DNA of 33,388 bases from Myxococcota bacterium (GTDB lineage: Bacteria; Myxococcota; UBA4151): positions 1-33,388 of the forward strand of contig JBDQPD010000034.1 of assembly GCA_040260805.1 (NCBI GenBank). The letters run 5' to 3'. The notes below the pieces were generated by a model. The model ran no database searches. It was not told where the DNA came from and was given only the letters and a program-made list of their open reading frames with translations. Positions 17,381-26,663 of the stretch are shown in pieces; within the stretch, counting starts at the first letter, position 1; every line of letters starts with the position of its first letter. The position numbers and the translations under genes are program-made.

Positions 17381-18099
17381 TCGACTGTAGTCAGTTCGCA
17401 GCGTCCCTACCTTACCTCCTGATCGATGAGGTTGAACCAGAGAACCGAGCTGAGCTTTTGGCGCACGCTGAGCTCTGTGAGGGCTGTGGCGCTGAACTTC
17501 GAATTGACCAGGCGCTGCGCGCAGGCTTGCGTCAGGTCAGCCTGGCACAAAGCCCGGAATGTCCGGCGGCGCTGCGCCGAACGATTCAGCGCGGCTTTCG
17601 CAGGGCGCGTCTTGTGCGCGTGGGAGGAAGTCTAGGGGGGATCGCAGCGGCAGCGGCGATCGCAGCCTTCTTGTTGCAACCGACGGGCGATCCACTGGAT
17701 CCGCTGATCGACACCACGATCGACTACCAGTCCAGACGGCTTCCTGCCGATGTAGCCTTTGAGCCCCCTGCCAAAGTGGAGGCCTTTCTAGCGCAGCAAC
17801 TTGGGCGCTCAGTTAATCTGCCGCGGATCGAACACCTTCCCGTCCGTGGGGCACGCTTTATGCCGACCCAAGGTAAACGTGGTGCGGTCATCATGCTTGG
17901 TGGTGGGCCACAACGGGTTGATGTTTTAGCGGTTGAAGCCGACCAATCGGTGAGTAAACAACTGATCAAACCGCGCGTCACGACACGCGATGGGCGTGAG
18001 GTCTTGCAGTGGTATCGAGACGGTATGGTGTATTCGGCCACCAGCGCCAACGGAAGAACGCCAAACGCGCTGTTCAAGTTTGCCAACCATTCCCGGTAG
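17377..18099 (+). CDS. Zinc-binding (ZAS, zf-HC2) transmembrane anti-sigma factor
   Basis: N-terminal Cys plus HxxxCxxC (HAELCEGC), one TM (GGIAAAAAIAAFLL) and an extracytoplasmic domain. ATGA overlap with the sigma gene. Confidence 0.85.
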   Translation: MIDCSQFAASLPYLLIDEVEPENRAELLAHAELCEGCGAELRIDQALRAGLRQVSLAQSPECPAALRRTIQRGFRRARLVRVGGSLGGIAAAAAIAAFLLQPTGDPLDPLIDTTIDYQSRRLPADVAFEPPAKVEAFLAQQLGRSVNLPRIEHLPVRGARFMPTQGKRGAVIMLGGGPQRVDVLAVEADQSVSKQLIKPRVTTRDGREVLQWYRDGMVYSATSANGRTPNALFKFANHSR

Positions 18100-18131
18100 C
18101 CATCAGCCGCTTCAGCCGCTAGTTGGTGGCT

Positions 18132-18491
18132 ATGGATGACGGCAGCCTACTCGTCTTTTTAGAGCCTGATGGAAGTTGGGATCAACTGGTCTCGGATTTA
18201 GAGGCTAGCGGGGCTCGGTGTACCCAAATCAGATCGCTTGATGGACTTGAAGAACGATTAGCCGGTGGTGATTTTGGTGGCGTTTTGACCTCCAACGCGC
18301 TGGTCGCCCAGCATCCAAAGCTCAAAGACCTCGGGACGATCCTACTGATCGCTGATGATCTCAAAGAGTCACCTGAACCTGAGCTCATCGACCCCTTCGC
18401 TACGCTAGGGGATCGGTCGGTACTAAGAACGTTAGACCGGCACCTCGACCGGGTCGAGACCCTCATCAGTCAGCTTGAAGAGAGACTCTAG
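18132..18491 (+). CDS. Hypothetical protein (small alpha/beta domain plus a C-terminal amphipathic helix)
   Basis: Fills the gap between the anti-sigma gene and the convergent gene. GGTGG precedes the ATG at 18132. Confidence 0.6.
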   Translation: MDDGSLLVFLEPDGSWDQLVSDLEASGARCTQIRSLDGLEERLAGGDFGGVLTSNALVAQHPKLKDLGTILLIADDLKESPEPELIDPFATLGDRSVLRTLDRHLDRVETLISQLEERL

Positions 18492-18495
18492 ACGA

Positions 18496-19638
18496 CTAGC
18501 GACGTGCGTTGGACAAGAGGCGCTTAGCCGCTCCACGCAACGCTGAAGGCACTGAGGTCGATCGAGAAATCGCTTTAAGATCTCGGTTGTGAATACCTTT
18601 GATCATCGCCATCGAGCGCGCCAGAGGCGTCTTCGGGTTGTTAACCAAAGCGAGCTTGATCGGATACTTGCGCATCCATTCCCGGTTGCCACAGATGATG
18701 CGAATGACCTCTTCATGAATACTTCGCATTTGGGCTGCTACCGCGACCTCTCGCTCAGAGATACGCGGTGAGCGAATCACCGCAGTGCAGACCAACTTAT
18801 TCGAGTCTCGGATTAAGATCGTGCGCGCTTCACGGTTACCCTTGAGCGCCAAACAAATCTTCTGTGCTGGAGTCATCCCGTTAACGATCTGAATGAGGGT
18901 CTTACCCCTACCCTCCTCTTCGGGCTCTTCTTCTTCTGGATGGCTCTCGTTTTCGGCGGTGACGTCGACGCGGTCTTCTTCATCGCCTTCAGTGCGCTCG
19001 ACGAGTCCGGAGACCTCCGGGGGAAGCTCGACCTGATCCACTGCGTCACGTAGCTCGTCAAAGCTGAGGCTCGCCAGCACCTCTTTAAAGAGCGGTACGC
19101 TCTCGAGATGAATTCCTTCACGAACTAGAAATTCTACCGCCGGGCGGAGCAAATAGCGATCAACTGATTCGTTGTTCCACAAACCGTCGATGATCTCAGG
19201 GCAGCGCTTTAAGCGCTGTAAATCCAGACATAACCGCTCGTGCACAGCTGGTGCTTCCGAATTTCCGGATGCCCACAAGTGAATTCGATCAGGAGTCGAG
19301 CGATGAGATAACAGATCGGGTAACAAGTCATCCCGAGCGCTCAGTCGACAGCCCAAGCCTTCCAGCAACCACTCTGGTGTCGCAGGGTTGGTGAGCACTG
19401 GCTTGATCAAATTGACCGGCATTTGCTCAAGGGTTGTTCGAGCAGCCTTGGATACGGGCGCTTCTACTGCTTCACAAAGCGCAACCAACACGGCGAGCTG
19501 GTCCTGCGTCGGCATCGGCAACATACCGCGTGCCGCTACCAATCGTTGAGCAGGCGGACGCGAAGGGTCGGCGTGCGCAGCAACCTGCGCGGGCATTGAA
19601 GCTTGATACCGCCCCAGATCCAGCGTCAACTCGTTCAT
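18496..19638 (-). CDS. Conserved hypothetical alpha-helical protein
   Basis: 380 aa with an ATGA overlap with pcnB. An acidic linker precedes a C-terminal domain (QKICLALKGNREARTILIRD...W...Y..KLALVNNPKTP) that I recall from deltaproteobacterial hypothetical proteins. Confidence 0.75.
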   Translation of the reverse strand: MNELTLDLGRYQASMPAQVAAHADPSRPPAQRLVAARGMLPMPTQDQLAVLVALCEAVEAPVSKAARTTLEQMPVNLIKPVLTNPATPEWLLEGLGCRLSARDDLLPDLLSHRSTPDRIHLWASGNSEAPAVHERLCLDLQRLKRCPEIIDGLWNNESVDRYLLRPAVEFLVREGIHLESVPLFKEVLASLSFDELRDAVDQVELPPEVSGLVERTEGDEEDRVDVTAENESHPEEEEPEEEGRGKTLIQIVNGMTPAQKICLALKGNREARTILIRDSNKLVCTAVIRSPRISEREVAVAAQMRSIHEEVIRIICGNREWMRKYPIKLALVNNPKTPLARSMAMIKGIHNRDLKAISRSTSVPSALRGAAKRLLSNARR

Positions 19639-21077
19639 GCGTCTTGCTCTTCGTCCTCAGGCTGCTGCATCAGCCGCCAATCTTTGACGAGCGCACGACC
19701 GGTCCCGGTGGCACGCGTCACCAGGTCCAAGATCTCAATAGCGTCGCCAAACAAAGCGCGGCGCGCTAGCGCTTCTTTGTCCACCCAAGGTCCTTTAGGA
19801 ACCATCGCTCGAGCTCCTAAGATGCCATCTTCCAGGCGCTCGCGGAGTCGCCTGGGCACGCGAAACCTGTCGTTCCACTCGCGCATCAGTTGGTCAATTT
19901 GCTGGCGTGGGTTCTCGCTCGAGACAAGCGGCAAAACAACCGCCGCTAAAAGGATCAGATCATCAGGAGCTTGGCCTCGCTCAATGACCAAGGCATCGAG
20001 CGCTTCAAGCAAGGCTTTGTGCTCACCCGAGCGCTCACTCATCGCAGCGCTCACCTCAGGTAAAATATGCTCGAGGAAACCAAGCTTCTGAGCTTTGGCA
20101 AACGCTTGAGCGGAATGACCACTGCGCAGAATCTTGAGCATCTCCTCCCACAACCTAGGTGGCGAGCAGCGCAGGATATCAGCGCCATGCTTACGAATCG
20201 CGCTTTCCAACTTCTTGTCGATTTCAAAGCCTAGTTTGGCAGCAAATCTGAGGGCTCTGAGAATCCGAACAGGATCCTCTTGGATCCGGTTATCAGCCGG
20301 CCCGATGCTGCGGATGATCTTCCGTTTGAGATCCTTAATCCCGTCAACGTGATCCACAACGGAGCCTGAAATAGGATCATAGAACAGACCATTGACCGTA
20401 AAGTCTCGCCGTTGTGCGTCTTCCACTGGCGAGCCATAAATATTGTCCTCACGAACCAGCAGGTCGTCGCCCGCTTCGACCTCTGGGACTTGAGCCCGAA
20501 AGGTCGCCACCTCGATCATACGGTCGCGCCCGAAGCGCACATGGACCAAGCGGAACCGACGGCCGATAATCCGAGCGTAGCGAAACGCCCGACGAACCTG
20601 CTGAGGGCGCGCGGTGGTCACGACATCAAAGTCTTTTGGCTCAGTGCCTAGCGCTAAATCTCGAACACAGCCGCCCACTACATAACTCAGGTGACCCAGT
20701 TCATTGAGTTTCTCAACGATGCGCAGTGCATCGTTGCTGATCAAAGCTTCAGCGATCTTTAGCGGCACCAACGCCTCTTCAGACTGTTTGCGCCAAGCTT
20801 CAACCTGGCCCGCATAGTCAAACTCTTCGCGCGGCTCAGTGGTCTCCACCTCCGCAGTTCGTCGTTTCCTTCGACCTCGAGGTTTCGGCTTTGCAGCCGG
20901 TGCCTCTTCAGCATCCTGCGCAGCCCCCGCAACCTCAGTAACGTCGGCAGCCTGCTCTTGGGCGGCTTGTGTCGCTTCGGCAGGAGCAGGCTTTGGCTTC
21001 GGCTTGCGGCGTCGCCTACGTGGTTTGCGTTCTTCTTGCTCCGCAGGAGGCGCAGAAGATGTCGTCTCGTCTGTCAT
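19635..21077 (-). CDS. pcnB: Poly(A) polymerase I
   Basis: VGGCVRD...KDFDV, PAP-specific IIGRRFRLVHVRFG, RRDFTVN and EDPVRILRALRF. Confidence 0.9.
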   Translation of the reverse strand: MTDETTSSAPPAEQEERKPRRRRRKPKPKPAPAEATQAAQEQAADVTEVAGAAQDAEEAPAAKPKPRGRRKRRTAEVETTEPREEFDYAGQVEAWRKQSEEALVPLKIAEALISNDALRIVEKLNELGHLSYVVGGCVRDLALGTEPKDFDVVTTARPQQVRRAFRYARIIGRRFRLVHVRFGRDRMIEVATFRAQVPEVEAGDDLLVREDNIYGSPVEDAQRRDFTVNGLFYDPISGSVVDHVDGIKDLKRKIIRSIGPADNRIQEDPVRILRALRFAAKLGFEIDKKLESAIRKHGADILRCSPPRLWEEMLKILRSGHSAQAFAKAQKLGFLEHILPEVSAAMSERSGEHKALLEALDALVIERGQAPDDLILLAAVVLPLVSSENPRQQIDQLMREWNDRFRVPRRLRERLEDGILGARAMVPKGPWVDKEALARRALFGDAIEILDLVTRATGTGRALVKDWRLMQQPEDEEQDA

Positions 21078-21845
21078 TTATCCTCCATGGCGCTGCCAGA
21101 TACACCATAAACCGTGTAAAGTGAGATCCATTTCAACCGCATCGATCACATCGCAGATCTCAGCCATCGGTCGCGCTAATCCGCCGGTGGCAACTACCAT
21201 CGCTATCTCTGGGTATTCTGCGCGCAGACGCGTGACCAGACCTGTGATGAGTCCAGCGTAGCCATAAAATATACCGGACTGCATGGCCTCCTCGGTCGTG
21301 CGGCCGATCGCGCGCTGAGGCTTGATCAGCTCGACGCGACGCAGACGGCTGGTTCGACGAACCAAAGCGTCATGACTAGCCTGCAAGCCCGGAGCGATCG
21401 CTCCACCAAGATACGCGCCATCACCAGCCACCACATCAAAGGTTGCTGCCGTGCCAAAGTCGACGACAATCAAAGCCTTTTGATAAAGATCAAATGCGCC
21501 TGCGGCGTTGACGATACGATCGGCACCAACCTCTTTTGGCTGATCCACGCGAATGGCGACCCCAGTCTTTACACCCGGCCCCACAACCAGCAGCTGCTCG
21601 GCCACGAAAGTGCGCAGTGCAGCAAATAAAGCGGGCTGAATTTCGGGGACAACGCTCGCCACAACCGCAGCGTGTAAGCTGTGAATATCAATGGACGCGA
21701 GATCAAAACAACTGCGCAGAAAAGCGCGGTGTTCGTCAGCCGTACGACGCACATCAGTGGCCATCCGCCAGACCTTGATCAATCCCTCGTCGTCACGCAA
21801 ACCAAGCAGAGTTTGCGTGTTTCCCACATCCACCAAAAGCATCAT
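21078..21845 (-). CDS. coaX: Type III pantothenate kinase
   Basis: LLVDVGNTQT, SVVP, GADR, VVDFGTA.T, GGAIAPG and ATGG. The start at 21845 gives an ATGA overlap with the upstream ORF. Confidence 0.93.
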   Translation of the reverse strand: MMLLVDVGNTQTLLGLRDDEGLIKVWRMATDVRRTADEHRAFLRSCFDLASIDIHSLHAAVVASVVPEIQPALFAALRTFVAEQLLVVGPGVKTGVAIRVDQPKEVGADRIVNAAGAFDLYQKALIVVDFGTAATFDVVAGDGAYLGGAIAPGLQASHDALVRRTSRLRRVELIKPQRAIGRTTEEAMQSGIFYGYAGLITGLVTRLRAEYPEIAMVVATGGLARPMAEICDVIDAVEMDLTLHGLWCIWQRHGG

Positions 21846-22378
21846 GGGCCTACCCTTTTCATCGACAATGCGATCGCCTCTGCTCGACCCGCACAAGCGG
21901 CCTCGAACTGACGAGGCGCCTCTAAATGAGCGATCATCGCCTGGCCCCGCTCCACTTGAAACCACTGCAGCGCAAAGCGCCCCATCGATGGGTTGTTGAG
22001 GCGATTAAACCGAACCCCTTGCCTCAGGACACTGCGCGAGACCTTACGAGTAGGTTGGAACTGAGCCTGAGGAAGACTCTTCAGCTTCGCCGCGGCGCTC
22101 AACGCCAGAGTCGCCGCATTTCCAGTCGGTAGACCAACGGTAGTCAGCCTGAGTTCGCAAAATCGTCGCCCGACCGGCAAACCCAGCGAAAGCGTCTGCG
22201 CTCGAGCATCGCGCCCGATGTCCACCGCATCGCGCGGCCTCTCGAAGGCCCATAGCCCGCCCGGCGCAGCGACCAACTTCTTCACGTTCCCTGGATTGAG
22301 CAACTGCGGGACAACCGAGGGTTCTTGGGCCGGCAAGCCGCCAAGCGATTGAGCAAGGAGCAACGTCAAAGTCATCAT
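21842..22378 (-). CDS. Hypothetical protein, possibly exported
   Basis: 178 aa, coupled by 4-nt overlaps to both birA and coaX. Short hydrophobic N-terminus. Confidence 0.6.
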   Translation of the reverse strand: MMTLTLLLAQSLGGLPAQEPSVVPQLLNPGNVKKLVAAPGGLWAFERPRDAVDIGRDARAQTLSLGLPVGRRFCELRLTTVGLPTGNAATLALSAAAKLKSLPQAQFQPTRKVSRSVLRQGVRFNRLNNPSMGRFALQWFQVERGQAMIAHLEAPRQFEAACAGRAEAIALSMKRVGP

Positions 22379-23067
22379 GAATCCAAGTCCTCCACATCAC
22401 CGGCACGAATGTGGTGCACCGCACCGGCTTCATCGCGCAACCGCAGCGCCCCATCTTCGGCAAGGCCTAAGGGCTCACCAACCCATGATTCAGTCGATAC
22501 TCGTCCTCGCTCCGCTAAGCCCCACCAACGCTCGCGCAAGGCTTCGTTGCCTTGCTGGCGCCACCAACGAAAAGCCCCGGTCACTGCGTCGTGCAAAGCC
22601 TCTTGCGCCTCGGGGAGCTCGATCACCCCAGCCCGATGCGCCTGAACATGGGTCGTACGTTGCTGATCAAGCTCAGGCGCAGCGAACCAGTTGACGCCAA
22701 CGCCCACCAGAAGCGCTTGGCTGCGCACCTCGCACAAAACGCCGCCGATCTTTGCACGCTCCACGCGCAGATCATTTGGCCATTTGAGCCGAACCGATAG
22801 ACCCAAAGTTGCGAGCCAGTCGGCGACGCCGCAGCCAACAGCGAGCGGCGCTAAGGTCAACGGGGCGGGCACCTGCCCGAGCGATTCAACGTGCGTGAGA
22901 TAAATCCCCATCGTGGCCTCGCTGATCCAAGAGCGACCTTGGCGTCCGCGTCCGGCGGTTTGCTGATCAGCGACCACGCCAAAGGGTGGTATCGACCCCG
23001 TTGCCAACTGGCGGAGGGCTTGATCGTTGGTGCTATCGACGGTCTCAAACCGAAACAGATCACTCAA
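22375..23067 (-). CDS. birA: Biotin--[acetyl-CoA-carboxylase] ligase (monofunctional, no HTH)
   Basis: VDSTN, QTAGRGRQGRSW, LKWPND, KIGGVLCE and GVGVN. Confidence 0.93.
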   Translation of the reverse strand: MSDLFRFETVDSTNDQALRQLATGSIPPFGVVADQQTAGRGRQGRSWISEATMGIYLTHVESLGQVPAPLTLAPLAVGCGVADWLATLGLSVRLKWPNDLRVERAKIGGVLCEVRSQALLVGVGVNWFAAPELDQQRTTHVQAHRAGVIELPEAQEALHDAVTGAFRWWRQQGNEALRERWWGLAERGRVSTESWVGEPLGLAEDGALRLRDEAGAVHHIRAGDVEDLDS

Positions 23068-23918
23068 TCGAGGTGATCCAAACCAATATCGACCGAAGGC
23101 GCTGAATGGGTGAGCGCACCCATCGAGATCACGTCCACGCCGGTCGCTTGAAGGCTGGGCAAACGCTCAAGGCCGATACCGCCGCTCAGCTCGACCACCA
23201 TCTCAGGTCGGCGTTGGCGGATCCTCGAGACGGCAGCAGTCGCTCGTTCGTTATCAAAGTTGTCGAGCATCACCACATCGACGCCCAAATCCAAGGCCTG
23301 TTCAAGCTGATCTTCTCGATCCACTTCGACCTCAATCTTGAGCAGATGATGAGCTTGGCTGCGGACCGCAGCGACGGCTCGCTCGAGGCTCCCGGCAGCG
23401 GCGATGTGGTTGTCTTTGATCATCACGCCATCACCGAGATCATGACGATGATTGCGACCGCCGCCGTGACGAACTGCTAACTTCTCTAGTTGGCGCCAGC
23501 CCGGGGTCGTTTTACGGGTATCGACCAAACGCGCTCTTCCCTCGCCTAATGCCTCAACGCATTGCCTCGTGAAGGTCGCGACCGCGCTCAAATGAGCCAA
23601 AAAGTTAAGACAACTGCGCTCGAGCGACAACACCCCGACAGCCGGTCCCGAGAGCGTTGCGATCACATCGCTTTGATCGACGGAGTCGCCATCGTCGACA
23701 TGACGCTTCAGCACGAGGTCCGTGCCAGACAACTCAATGAGGCGTTCGATCGCCCAAAGACCGCTCACCACGATCGGCTGACGCGGCCGAAATGCTGTGG
23801 TCAAGGTCTCCGCAGGCTTGAAAATAGACTCACTGGTCACGTCGCCACGCGCCAGATCCTCATCGAGCGCAAGCTTCAATAAGCGATCCACCAGAGGTCG
23901 AGGTGTACTCATGATCAC
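23064..23918 (-). CDS. nadC: Nicotinate-nucleotide diphosphorylase (carboxylating)
   Basis: ALDED...DVT, DTRKTTPG, HRHDL.D..MIKDNH, EVEV, MLDN, SGG and GALTHSA. The start is the GTG at 23918 or the ATG at 23912. Confidence 0.95.
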   Translation of the reverse strand: MIMSTPRPLVDRLLKLALDEDLARGDVTSESIFKPAETLTTAFRPRQPIVVSGLWAIERLIELSGTDLVLKRHVDDGDSVDQSDVIATLSGPAVGVLSLERSCLNFLAHLSAVATFTRQCVEALGEGRARLVDTRKTTPGWRQLEKLAVRHGGGRNHRHDLGDGVMIKDNHIAAAGSLERAVAAVRSQAHHLLKIEVEVDREDQLEQALDLGVDVVMLDNFDNERATAAVSRIRQRRPEMVVELSGGIGLERLPSLQATGVDVISMGALTHSAPSVDIGLDHLD

Positions 23919-26578
23919 AGCTCCAATTCGGCGAGACGATCTAAAGCCGCACGCAGCTCATCTCGGCGTCGTTCAAACTCAGCGAGTCGACGGCGCTCTT
24001 CCGCAACGACGGCTTCGGGCGCACGCTCGACAAACTTAGCGTTGCCAAGTTTGCCACCGCATTTATTGAGCTCTTTATCGTTTTTAGCGATCTCGCCAGT
24101 GAGACGATCCGTCTCGGCTGCGATATCGACTTTGCCCGCGAGATTGGCGAGCAAGGTCAAGCCCTCACCCGTTGCGATCGCCCAGCCCCGTGGTTGCTCA
24201 GCGGTGTTGAGTTCAGTGACCACATCCGCAGCAGAAGCCAAATCGACCAGCAAACGAGCAGCAGAATCGAGCTGCCCAAGGCGCTCTGGGTCGCTGACCT
24301 GTAAACGCACTGAGAGTGGCTCTCGGGGGTTAATCCCCATCTGACCACGCAAGCCGCGCAGTAAGCCCACCGCTTCAATGGCTAAAGCGATCTGAGCCTC
24401 GCTGTCCAAATTGCGCTGAGCATCAAAGGTCAGCTGCGCCAAACACAAGCTATCGCTCTCACGCATGAAGGCAGGCAACGCCGGCCAGAGCGCATCGGTG
24501 ACGAAGGGGCAAAATGGATGCAAGAGCCTCAAAGCCCCGCTCAAAGCATCAGCAAGCGCCGCTCGGGCGGCAGCTGATTCGTCGGCTGAACCATCGCGCA
24601 ATGGGCGCTTTGAGAGTTCGATGTACCAGTCACAAAGCTCGTGCCAGATGAAGTGATAGATCGCATGACCCGCTTCATCGAGCCGATACGCGTCGAAGGC
24701 CTCTTTAACCTTGTGCTGGGTATCGGCAAGCCGACTGCGAATCCACTGCTCGGTTGCGCCAGCAGGAGCATCCCAATCACTTTCTTGGCAATCCCCCAGA
24801 TAGGTCTGAGCGAACCGAGTTGCGTTCCAAACCTTGGTCAGAAAATTTCGATAACCTTCGATCCGCTTGACGCTCATCTTAAGGTCACGGCCTGGCGCTG
24901 CCATGAGCAGCAGACCAAGCCTCAAAGCATCCGCACCATATTCATTCGTGATGTCGACAGGGTCGATCACATTCTCTTTGGTCTTAGACATCTTTTGCCC
25001 AAGCTCATCGCGCACCATGCCGTGTAAAAATATTGTATGGAACGGTGCTTTGTCGGTGAAATGGATCCCCATCATCATCATCCGAGCGACCCAAAAGAAC
25101 AGGATGTCATGTCCGGTTTCGAGAACTTGCGTCGGATAGAACTTTTTCAAGCTGGGCGTCTCTTCAGGCCAGCCTAAAGTACCCATTGGCCACAGGCCTG
25201 AACTAAACCACGTGTCCAAAACATCTTCATCTTGAACCAACTCCGAAGGATCCACCCCAGCGGCTTGCGCTTGCGCCTGAGCAACCTCGAGTGAACGCGC
25301 CACAAACACTTGACCGCCAGCGTGCCATGCAGGGATCCGGTGACCCCACCACAGCTGCCGACTCACGCACCAATCCTGAATGTTCTCCATCCAGTGATAC
25401 CAAGTCGACTCAAAGCGCTTAGGTACAATCTGTGTCTCACCACTGCGCGTGGCTTGCATCGCTCGCTCAGCCAGAGGCTTGGTCGAGACAAACCATTGCA
25501 AGCTCAAACGAGGCTCGACCACTGCGCCGCTGCGCTGACAATGTCCAACGCTGTGGGCGTGCTCTTCAATTTTGACCACCAATCCCTGCGCTTCAAGATC
25601 GGCAACGACCCGCTTTCGCGCCTCGGCAACCGGGAGCCCAAAGTATGGACCCGCCAGGCTAATGTGAGCACCCTCGTCTAAAATATTGATGATCGGTAAG
25701 TCGTGGCGCTTGCCCGTTTCAAAATCATTGAAGTCGTGCGCTGGGGTCACCTTGACTGCGCCGGTTCCGAATTCCAGGTCCACCAAAATGCCATCACCGA
25801 CGATCGGGATCTGCCGGTCCGTGAGCGGCAGTTCAACGGTCTTACCGACCAAGTGAGCATAACGTGGGTCATCCGGGTGAACCGCCACAGCGGTGTCGCC
25901 AAGCATCGTCTCCGGTCGCGTCGTCGCCACCACCAGACGCTCATCGCTGCCCGACACTGGATAAGCGATATGCCAAAGGTGCCCTGGGCTATCCCGGTGA
26001 TCGACCTCGAGATCGGATAACGAGGTCTTCAGACCAGGGCTCCAGTTGATCAGGCGCTCAGCGCGATACATCAAGCCCTCTTCATAGAGCCGGACGAAGG
26101 CTTCTGTCACCGCGGTCGAAAAACCCTCATCGAGGGTAAACCGCTCTCGAGACCAATCCAAACTCGCACCCAGCACGCGGTGCTGCTCTTGAATCCGCGA
26201 TCCGTTGGTCGCCTTCCACTCCCAGACCTTCTCAAGAAAAGCGTCACGACCCAGCTCTTCTCGGCCCGGCTCACCGCGCCGAGCCAGGTCACGCTCAACG
26301 ACCATTTGAGTCGCAATCCCAGCGTGATCGGTTCCAGGCAGCCAGAGGGCTTCGTGACCCGTCATACGCTTGAAGCGAATCAACGTGTCTTGGACCGCAG
26401 CAGTCAGCGCATGACCCACATGCAGCGAACCCGTTACGTTGGGCGGTGGCAGGACGATCGTGTAGGCGGGCCGATCGGATTCAGGATCAGCAGCAAAGTA
26501 ACCCTGTTCTTCCCAAGCGTTGTAGAGCGCTTGCTCAAGCTCGGCAGGATCGTAGCGTTTGGGTAGCTCGGCAGTCAC
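23915..26578 (-). CDS. valS: Valine--tRNA ligase
   Basis: PPPNVTGSLHVGHA (HIGH), DHAGIATQ, DWCVSRQLWWGHRIP, DVLDTWFSS, KMSKT and a C-terminal coiled coil. The likely start is the GTG at 26578 with GGGGAG 7 nt upstream. Confidence 0.96.
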   Translation of the reverse strand: MTAELPKRYDPAELEQALYNAWEEQGYFAADPESDRPAYTIVLPPPNVTGSLHVGHALTAAVQDTLIRFKRMTGHEALWLPGTDHAGIATQMVVERDLARRGEPGREELGRDAFLEKVWEWKATNGSRIQEQHRVLGASLDWSRERFTLDEGFSTAVTEAFVRLYEEGLMYRAERLINWSPGLKTSLSDLEVDHRDSPGHLWHIAYPVSGSDERLVVATTRPETMLGDTAVAVHPDDPRYAHLVGKTVELPLTDRQIPIVGDGILVDLEFGTGAVKVTPAHDFNDFETGKRHDLPIINILDEGAHISLAGPYFGLPVAEARKRVVADLEAQGLVVKIEEHAHSVGHCQRSGAVVEPRLSLQWFVSTKPLAERAMQATRSGETQIVPKRFESTWYHWMENIQDWCVSRQLWWGHRIPAWHAGGQVFVARSLEVAQAQAQAAGVDPSELVQDEDVLDTWFSSGLWPMGTLGWPEETPSLKKFYPTQVLETGHDILFFWVARMMMMGIHFTDKAPFHTIFLHGMVRDELGQKMSKTKENVIDPVDITNEYGADALRLGLLLMAAPGRDLKMSVKRIEGYRNFLTKVWNATRFAQTYLGDCQESDWDAPAGATEQWIRSRLADTQHKVKEAFDAYRLDEAGHAIYHFIWHELCDWYIELSKRPLRDGSADESAAARAALADALSGALRLLHPFCPFVTDALWPALPAFMRESDSLCLAQLTFDAQRNLDSEAQIALAIEAVGLLRGLRGQMGINPREPLSVRLQVSDPERLGQLDSAARLLVDLASAADVVTELNTAEQPRGWAIATGEGLTLLANLAGKVDIAAETDRLTGEIAKNDKELNKCGGKLGNAKFVERAPEAVVAEERRRLAEFERRRDELRAALDRLAELEL

Positions 26579-26585
26579 GTGATTG

Positions 26586-26602
26586 CTCCCCCTTTGGGGG
26601 AG
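26586..26602 (-). promoter_or_regulatory. Hairpin overlapping the valS Shine-Dalgarno
   Basis: The mRNA reads CUCCCCC-AAA-GGGGGAG, a perfect 7-bp stem whose 3' arm is the SD. Confidence 0.5.
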
Positions 26603-26663
26603 TCGACCTACGCCAGTCGGCGACAAAGTTCCAGTGGGACTTGCCAGTTCACTCAGTTGAGGG

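Noticed and set aside
21846..21965. 40-aa N-terminal extension of coaX
   Set aside because: The kinase motif begins right after the ATG at 21845, which is coupled to the upstream stop.
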